A stretch of DNA of 54,400 nt, filler included, from Dirinaria sp. TL-2023a (lineage: Eukaryota): NCBI GenBank assembly GCA_051941275.1. It is 4 parts of 4 records of this genome, joined end to end, with 100 filler letters (N's around TTAATTAATTAA, not from the genome) between each part and the next. Parts side by side here need not be neighbours in the genome. Positions count along the whole stretch, not along the records: positions 40,886 to 54,400 come from JAVEBF010000677.1; 3 more parts are not named here. One strand, given 5' to 3'. The notes under the pieces were generated by a model. That model did not search any database, had not been told where the DNA came from, and saw only the letters and a program-made list of their open reading frames with translations. Below, one piece after another: positions 47,238 through 54,400 of this stretch. The translations under genes and the position numbers were made by a program. Position 1 is the first letter of the stretch, and every line of letters starts with the position of its first letter.

Positions 47238-48205
47238 GGGTGGCCCTTTGGTCGCCTGCGAGAGTCTCCAATTTTCAATGTACTGTATTTACCTATGGCA
47301 GCGCGACACAGCAAGCGTCAGAGTGTGAACTGCCGATCATCTCTGAATTTGTTGGAGCACGCGCTCATGCTATCTCGCCCTCAGACAATGCCGTGCCGGA
47401 GCCGGCTACAATTGCCTGAATCTCCATGCCAAGCCGCCACAGCATCGTGAAACCCTTTTTTCTCTCATTTGGCAACAGCATTTGGTGCATTCTGCGGTCT
47501 CATGTGCGTCGATGGGAAGTGGTTCTGCATTCCTGCTGCATAATGTTGTTTTGCCTATTGCCAAGATCGCAAGGATGGTGAGAGACTGTTAATATACGGA
47601 GTACTGGGATATTGTCCCCATGCTCTCTCTTATCAAAGCGCATGGTCAACACTACCGAGTACTAAGGTACCGGTAGTTTCAGATAATTAGTAGAAGTACT
47701 TGGCTCCTAATTTCCAGCATTCCACCTCCTTTTTCTGATTGGTGTTGATAGCCGACTCGAACTGCGGCCGGCGTGAAATAGGAGGCTCGGCTTAATTTCG
47801 GCGCAAGAGTAGGCTAAACTAAAGGCGCAGGGTTTTTTGACCCGCGGGTCGCCCTGCCAGAGAGAAACCCCCTTCAATCAGTTCAATTCAATCTCTTCCT
47901 TTTCCACCTTCAACCACGACGTCCGCCTGAGCTGCCCGCACCTGTCACTCCTTAGAGCATTCATTTTGCATCTTACCACAATTTGCTGCTCGTCGCCCTT
48001 CTTTTACCGGCGATCAGCAATTGTGTTCATTCATTTACTACGCACTAATATTCCGTCTTGTTTACTCTACATTCCTACCCAGTGAACTCGCCAGCAACAA
48101 AAATCACCCACGGAAGGCAGGCTTCGACACCTCCATGAATAGGTGCCTGTTTGCCTAATCATTTTCTCTCAATCCCGCGATCATTCCTGGAGAGATCGCC
48201 CAGCG

Positions 48206-50303
48206 ATGGCTCACCATGCCCACGCCCACCATCAACACCTTCGAGATGGTCGCCGCGTCCGGAACGCGCAACAGGAAGTTAGAAGGCAGGTGACCGAGTA
48301 CAGTGTCGTCTATGTGACCGCTTCGAAGACCTTCAATGGCCCAGTTGGTGGATACAAAACAATGGATGGCTCTGATGAAGAACATACTCCCCCGAAGCAG
48401 AGCGCCGCACCTGCAAAAGCCGCTTTATCTCCAGCAGAGGCAGCACCGCCGGTGATAATACAGTCAACTCCGAAGGCTGTCCCATTGCCTTCCCCAGAAA
48501 CGCAACCTGCCCCTGCTCCTGCTCCTGTTGCGCAGCCCCAAACCACACAGCAGCAACAACAGCCACAACCAGTCGAAACCAGGGCAAGCCCCACACTCGC
48601 CAAAGCTTCCAAAGCTCGTGCGACTTCCCAAATCCCTGCGCCAGTTGCGTCTGCAAGTCATAGTCATAGGAAAGCAGACAGCTCTGCACACAAGACTCTT
48701 AGCAAGACACTTAGCGAGACACTTGTCCCAGCCCACCCTGCAAAGTCATCATCACCTACTAGCCTGCACGAGCCGACGGCCGTATCTTCAGTCAATGCAC
48801 AACCTGCGGGAGCTTCATCAGCAGCGAGCTCAACCCCTTCCAAATCGTCTTCGCCAGGTGGTATGTCTGGCGGAGCGAAAGCGGGTTTGGCCATTGGAAT
48901 ACTTCTTGCCATTGCCGCTGTAGCAGGCCTGATATTCTTCTGCTTCCGTCGTAGACGAGACTATCGCAATGAAGCGTATAGCAAGACTGCTGACGAGAAA
49001 GCCGGCTTCGCCTCTGAAGGTGCTGCAGGTGGTCTCGCCCGCTCAGCAAGTGTCCAGACCTCAACCACCTCGGCGACCGCACCTCGTCTAAGTCTTCGGC
49101 CTGTCACACAATTTCTTCCGGACCTTGCTGCGCAGAGGAAGAGTGGAAATCTTCTCAATGCGCCGGCCAGCCAGCCTCGAGCGAACCCACCGACTTCGAA
49201 TGGCGCCATGACTGGGAAAGACGCTCCCGAGAGTTACTCCAAAGAATCTGTGAATCCATTTGGTAATGACGCAGAAATGTCCGAGAAACTTCCCATCCAG
49301 AGCAACACTGAGGACCCTGCAAATCCTTTCGGCATTGCTGCAGAGACCTCCCGTCAACTCACTAGCGGCAGCGCAGAACCCGATGTTGTTCCTCCTGCCC
49401 CTTTGCGGATCCGGACACCAACTCCAGATGGGAAGAGCGTAGCGGCTGGCTTTGGTACTGGGATTGCCACTGCAGGTGTTGCGTCAGCTGTTGCAAATGA
49501 AAACCGTCATGCTCCCAAGCCGCTCAACCTCTCCCCCAGCCGATCTGCTTCTCCCGCTATGCAAGACCGTGATATGCCCAGTCCGGCGGGCACTGAGTTC
49601 AGTATGACGCCTGTGTCCCCCGGGAGCTTCACCAATGGCCCACCACCGAGCAACGTGCACCGGATCCAACTGGACTTCAAGCCATCCATGGATGACGAAT
49701 TGGAACTTCGCGCTGGCCAGCTCGTTCGACTTTTGCACGAGTACGATGACGGATGGGTAAGTCACGTGAACAGAGTGCTAGCGATACTGTATGCTAATCT
49801 AAATGTAGGCACTATGTATCCGTCTGGACCGCTCTCAGCAGGGTGTTGCCCCACGTACTTGCCTCTCAGCTAGGCCCGTAAAGCCACGTCCTCCACCAGG
49901 CGCGCGGGGCCCGGCTCCACGAGGACCTCCACCTCCAGGTATGTTCCCTGGTCAACAACGACCAGCATCACCAGCGAACGGCCGTGGCTCCCCCAGCCCT
50001 TTTCCTCAGGCACTGAGGCCGGGCCCACCCAATCCTGCGCCTTACCAGCGATCAATGTCACCAGGCCCGTACGGCGGTGGACCTCAGCGGCCTACTATCC
50101 CACCACCGGGAGGCAAGGCACGAAGCAACTCTGCTAGCGCAGTACGCGACCGGAGAAATAGCCCCCCCGGACCAAGTCCTATGAATCCCAATGTGCAGCG
50201 TGTGCCAATGCATCTTCAAGCCGTCACTGCTCCTGGTCAAGTGCTATCACAATCGCCGCCACAAAGTGTCGCCAGGAAACCTGTTCCAGGTCAGGCAATG
50301 TAA
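48206..50303 (+). CDS. Single-pass membrane protein with a Ser/Pro-rich ectodomain and cytoplasmic SH3 domain (Fus1-like architecture)
   Basis: TM GGAKAGLAIGILLAIAAVAGLIFFCFRRR and SH3 VHRIQLDFKPSMDDELEL...HEYDDGW|ALCIRLDRSQQGVAPRTCLS. Intron at 49757-49808. Confidence 0.87.
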
Positions 50304-50823
50304 CCGGATTGACGATTTACTACCTCTGGAGTACATACAGGTGGATGATGTCCAGGGCGTTCTACTCCATTTCGGAAGCGAAAATACCATTGATCCAAAG
50401 CTAGGATCTTAGCATGCAACTTTCTATTAATGTGCTTTCGATTTGCTCACGAGCCTCAACTTCTAATTCAATAGCCATCATAGCCGATAGCGGCCTTGAA
50501 CTTCTTTTCTTCTCTATCTCACTATCCCATCTGGATTTTGAGACTTTAGATACCATTTGGTGTGATGGCCCAGGCTGTGGGAGCGTGAGGCAAAGAGCCT
50601 TGCGGATCCGTGTATGATAGCAGAATCAAGCAGTTGAGCACAGGCTGCTCGGTGACTCTATGATCTTTTATGCGATGTAAAAAGTGCAGCCTGCGCTCAA
50701 GGGCTCAATTCAGAATCAGTATGTAAGTTGGACCTGAGGTTGGCAAACGCGATCACGTGACATTCGAGCATCGGTATTCGGTACGCGACATTGCCTTGAT
50801 CCCGAAACGACGCGTTGCTTCCC

Positions 50824-53232
50824 ATGTCACAGCAGCATACCATGAGCTCTCCGATGCGTCAAGCGCAGAGGCGCAGTCAGCTGTCGGGAGAGCATTTGCC
50901 TCAATCCTCTCGAGCAAGTCCAAGTGTTTCGCGACCGAGGATGCCGCTGGATACATCAAGAGTATGGGAGAATAACCGCAACACAAATCCCAATTGCTGA
51001 CCATTCTTAGTTCGCTGCGAGTCGAATGGCTAATACTCAACCTACTTACGATTTCCTTACGGGGACCCCAAATCCTCCGCCAGCGCAGCCTCTGCAGCAA
51101 AGTCTACGATATTCACAAGCACGGGTAGCAGATGCAGGTAGGTCGCATGTGCTGTCTTTCACAGCCTCATACTCACCTTGCGCAGACATTGGAAACGAAG
51201 ATCTCCGCGCACAGGTCAAGACTCTGCAGTACGAATTGGATTCTTTGAAACAGGAGCGAGAGGTTACCAATTTACGCCATGGGAAAGAACTCCGTGAGGC
51301 ACAAGTCAAGGCGGAGTCAGAGTACAAAAGGGCACAGGTAACCAGACCTATGCGTGCAATGGGCGAGATTTCTTACAGGCTCATCGATTGTAGGCTTCTG
51401 AGTCAAACCAACACGTCAGCAGCAGGAAGTACGAAGCCTTGAGCAAGGAGCTGAAAGAGGCTCAGGACAAGGCCATAAATATCCAACAAGATTTTGAGAA
51501 GAAGCTACGTACGACTCAAGAGGAGAATAGATCGCTCAAGGAAGATGTTGAGGATGCGCAAACCGAACTTTCAACGCTCGATCGGCAGTACAAGCACCAA
51601 TTACAAGACATTGACACCAAACATTCTACCTTGCAAAAGACTGTGAACGACCTGCGAGCAGACTTAGAGAATAAGTCTACTGTGTTACTTACGACGCAGG
51701 AGAGGCTTTCACAGGCAGATTCGAAAGTTGGCAGTCTAGAAAGCGAGATCCTGAGACTGAAGGCACAGGCTGGCGATGTGGACACGCTTGCGGTGATAAA
51801 GCGAGAGCTTTCTGATCAGGTTTCCCACATACGGAAACTCGAATCAACGAATAGAGAGCAGAACTCTGAGCTCAAGCACTTCCGCCGAGCCCACAAAGCA
51901 GTGGAGGTCGTCGAAGAAGAGAAACGGGTGCTGCAGAATAAAATCACTTTAATGGAAGGTCTCGAACAAGAAGTCCGAGAAGCTCAACTCCAGCGTCAAA
52001 TCCTTGAGGATGAGCGTAAATCTTGGACCTCGTATTTACAAAGCCAAAGTGAGACGGACAGTGTAGAATTCGAATCGCCTGAAGACCTTGCCAGGGCTCT
52101 CGTTCGGGAGCGTCTCGGAGGTGCATCACTTGCCCACGATATAGGCGTTTTAAGATCAGAGCTCCTAGAAAAGGATGGCATCATCACTGCAGTTCAAGAG
52201 GAGCGTGGGAGACAACGTGTCGAGATCGAGAAGGTCAAAGCCAGCGGTGGCGGGAGCGACAGTCGCACAAAAGCCCGGCTCGAACGTCAAAAAGCGTTAG
52301 CGGTGAAAGAAGTTGAATATCTGCGAGAACAATTGAGAACGTTCGATAGTGAAGAAATCACATATCATTCCGAAAACCACTTCGACGAACAAAAGCAGAA
52401 ACGGATCCAAGATCTCGAGTCTTTGGTCGACCAGTACAGAAACGAGCTCCAGACTCTGAATGATGACATTTCATTGCAAGAGGACAATCAGACCAAATCC
52501 AATCCCCTGAAACGACCTCGGGAATCAGAAGACGACGCTCAGATCGGCGAGCTATTGCGTAAGAACCGAAAGCTTCAGGACGATTTTTCGAAACTTGAGA
52601 AAAATTATACCATTCTCCAATCCGACCACCAAGCCGCGGCTTTGCAACTCGCTGCACTTCAACAGTCAGCAAAGACCCGAATCCTTGCACTTCGCTCAAA
52701 TCCTACTGCGGACGCAGAAGCTATCAAGTTCAGCATTCTGGCCTCTCTGCGAGAAGAGAACCGAGCTTTATTAGCGCAGTTGGAATCACCCAGCCACCAG
52801 GCTACCACCGAGGCCGTCCCAATCTCTACACTGGAAAACGCCCGCGCCGAGCTCAAAGACTTGGAGCAAGTCGTCGCCGACAAAGAGAAGCGCATGATGC
52901 GTCTCAAGCAGATCTGGTCCCTCAAGTCTCTAGAGCTGAGAGAAGCCGTGGCTTCGTTGCTGGGTTACAAGATGGATTTCGTCGCGAACGGCAAGTTCCG
53001 ACTCACGAGCATCTTCCACCCGGGAGAAGAGGGAGGCGAAGCCAATGCCCTCATCTTCGACGGCGAGACCGGCACCATGAAGATTTCCGGTGGGAATGAT
53101 AGTCAATTTGCCAAGGAGATCCGGCCCCTGATCAAATTCTGGGTCGAGGAGCGTGGCGAGATTCCGGCGCTTATGGCGGCGTTCACGCTTGAAGCGTATG
53201 AGAAGAGCACGAGAGCTGCGCGGATCACATGA
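50824..53232 (+). CDS. MAD1: Spindle assembly checkpoint protein Mad1
   Basis: Long coiled coil, RLERQK.LA.KEVEYLR.QL, RILALRSNP, KEKRMMRLK..W and SLLGY..., with an RWD-like end (FWVEERGEIP..MAAFTLE). Introns at about 50962-51010, 51138-51185 and 51338-51393. The start codon is uncertain. Confidence 0.92.
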
Positions 53233-53547
53233 ACTCTTGGAGATTTGCTACGCTATGCATACGTCTGACTGCTGATTTTGTTTGATCAGGTCGAAGTCTT
53301 CCCCATTACAAAATCTAATGAAAAGGGCGATGGATGTCTACCAAGCCCCAATCGTTGAGATTTGCAATAGGGTTTGTATTGAGCTGAGTATCACCTTGAA
53401 CCTTTATGGCCCTGCACGCGTTGTGCTTGGATGCGCATGTGCGAACAGCGTAAACATGTCCTTGACCGATCTTCAGACATGCGGAAATCCCGTGTTATAG
53501 GCAGATACGACGGAAGTATATACAGATAAGGAACAAGACCTGGATCT

Positions 53548-54400
53548 TCAACTTCCCGAATCTTTCAAATGTTCTTCCTGCTTTCCGTTCCTCGTCTCTA
53601 TTTCCCTTTTCTCCACAGCGATCCTCATCGCCTCATCAAGCCCACTCACGGCCCTCAAAAGCCTCTGGATACCGACCGGCAAAACCCCCATCCACGCAAT
53701 CATGTTCGCATACGCAGGCATCCTCACCTCGCCCGCTTCGCCCCGGTCAATCATGTCCACAATCTTCACCGCCAACTCCCGCACCTCGACGCGCGGGCCC
53801 CAGAAATTCCGCACCGCGTTCTGCCTCACGCCCGCGAACAGCGGCGTATCGAGCTGTCCCGGCGCGACGAGGATGGTCCTGATATTGTTGGGGGGATAGG
53901 CGGAGGAGCGGAGTTCGGCGGTCAGGGAGGCGTGGAAGGTGGATAGGGCGGCTTTGGTGGCGGTGTAGGCGGTCAGGTGGGATGCGCCGAGCGAGGCGAG
54001 CACCGAGGAGCAGGTTATGATCGTGCCTCCTGCGGCGCGGGAGAGGAGTGGTGGGAGGAAGAGGGAGGTGAGGTGCATGTGTGCGATGAGATTGGTGCGG
54101 ACGATCCTGTTAGCCTCGGTTGTCAGCGATGCAGATACGCCCTTTCTTCCTATACGATGGCAGCGAAGATGTATATGAAACGCCTATGTGCGCAAATGAA
54201 AGAGGGGAGGGAAGAGAGAAACGCTATACCGCTCCACTTCCTCCATATCCAAATCCAAAAACCGTTCCGCGCCCACCGTCGCCGCGCAATTGACCAGCAC
54301 AGTCGGCGTGCCCACCTCCTGCTCCACTCGCCTCCACACCCTCTCCAATCCCTCCCTGTCCGCAACATCACACCTATAACACCTCGCCACCCCTTCCCCC
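53548..54400 (-). CDS. Short-chain dehydrogenase/reductase (retinol dehydrogenase/Tda5-like), 5'-truncated
   Basis: CDVAD, LVNCAA, catalytic Ser and YTATK, and PGQLDTPLF. One intron near 54107-54228. Confidence 0.88.

Noticed and set aside
1..54400. tRNA, rRNA, snoRNA, CRISPR arrays, intact transposons or secondary-metabolite backbone genes
   Set aside because: None were recognised by eye. Small ncRNAs cannot be excluded without an Infernal or tRNAscan search.

Overview
This is intron-containing filamentous ascomycete (Pezizomycotina) genomic DNA, possibly from a lichen-forming fungus (inference). It is not one continuous locus. Four contigs of 13543, 13524, 13518 and 13515 bp are joined in decreasing size by 100-bp spacers (44 N + TTAATTAATTAA + 44 N), so adjacency across spacers has no biological meaning. 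Contig 1 carries QNS1, a GPI-anchored protein, a GILT thiol reductase, an intronless bacterial-like alpha/beta hydrolase, MET5 and a partial ESF1. Contig 2 carries a block of decayed genes, including an OMA1-like M48 peptidase pseudogene that the ORF track misses, then an APC permease, a PTH11-like membrane protein and a P450. Contig 3 carries a GH51 arabinofuranosidase, PSD1, an NAD(P)-binding protein, ATG27, a sulfotransferase-like P-loop protein and a coiled-coil protein. Contig 4 carries an HRQ/DUF3445 protein, a CAK1-like kinase, SYP1, a TM-SH3 protein, MAD1 and a partial SDR. The most notable observations are a MED15-like KIX domain fused to the CAK1-like kinase and revealed only by a GC-AG intron, RIP-like stop codons in the pseudogenes, a second GC-AG intron, and a recurrent TAAGGTA promoter motif. 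No RNA genes, CRISPR arrays or intact mobile elements were recognised. All family calls come from reading motifs by eye, not from database searches.
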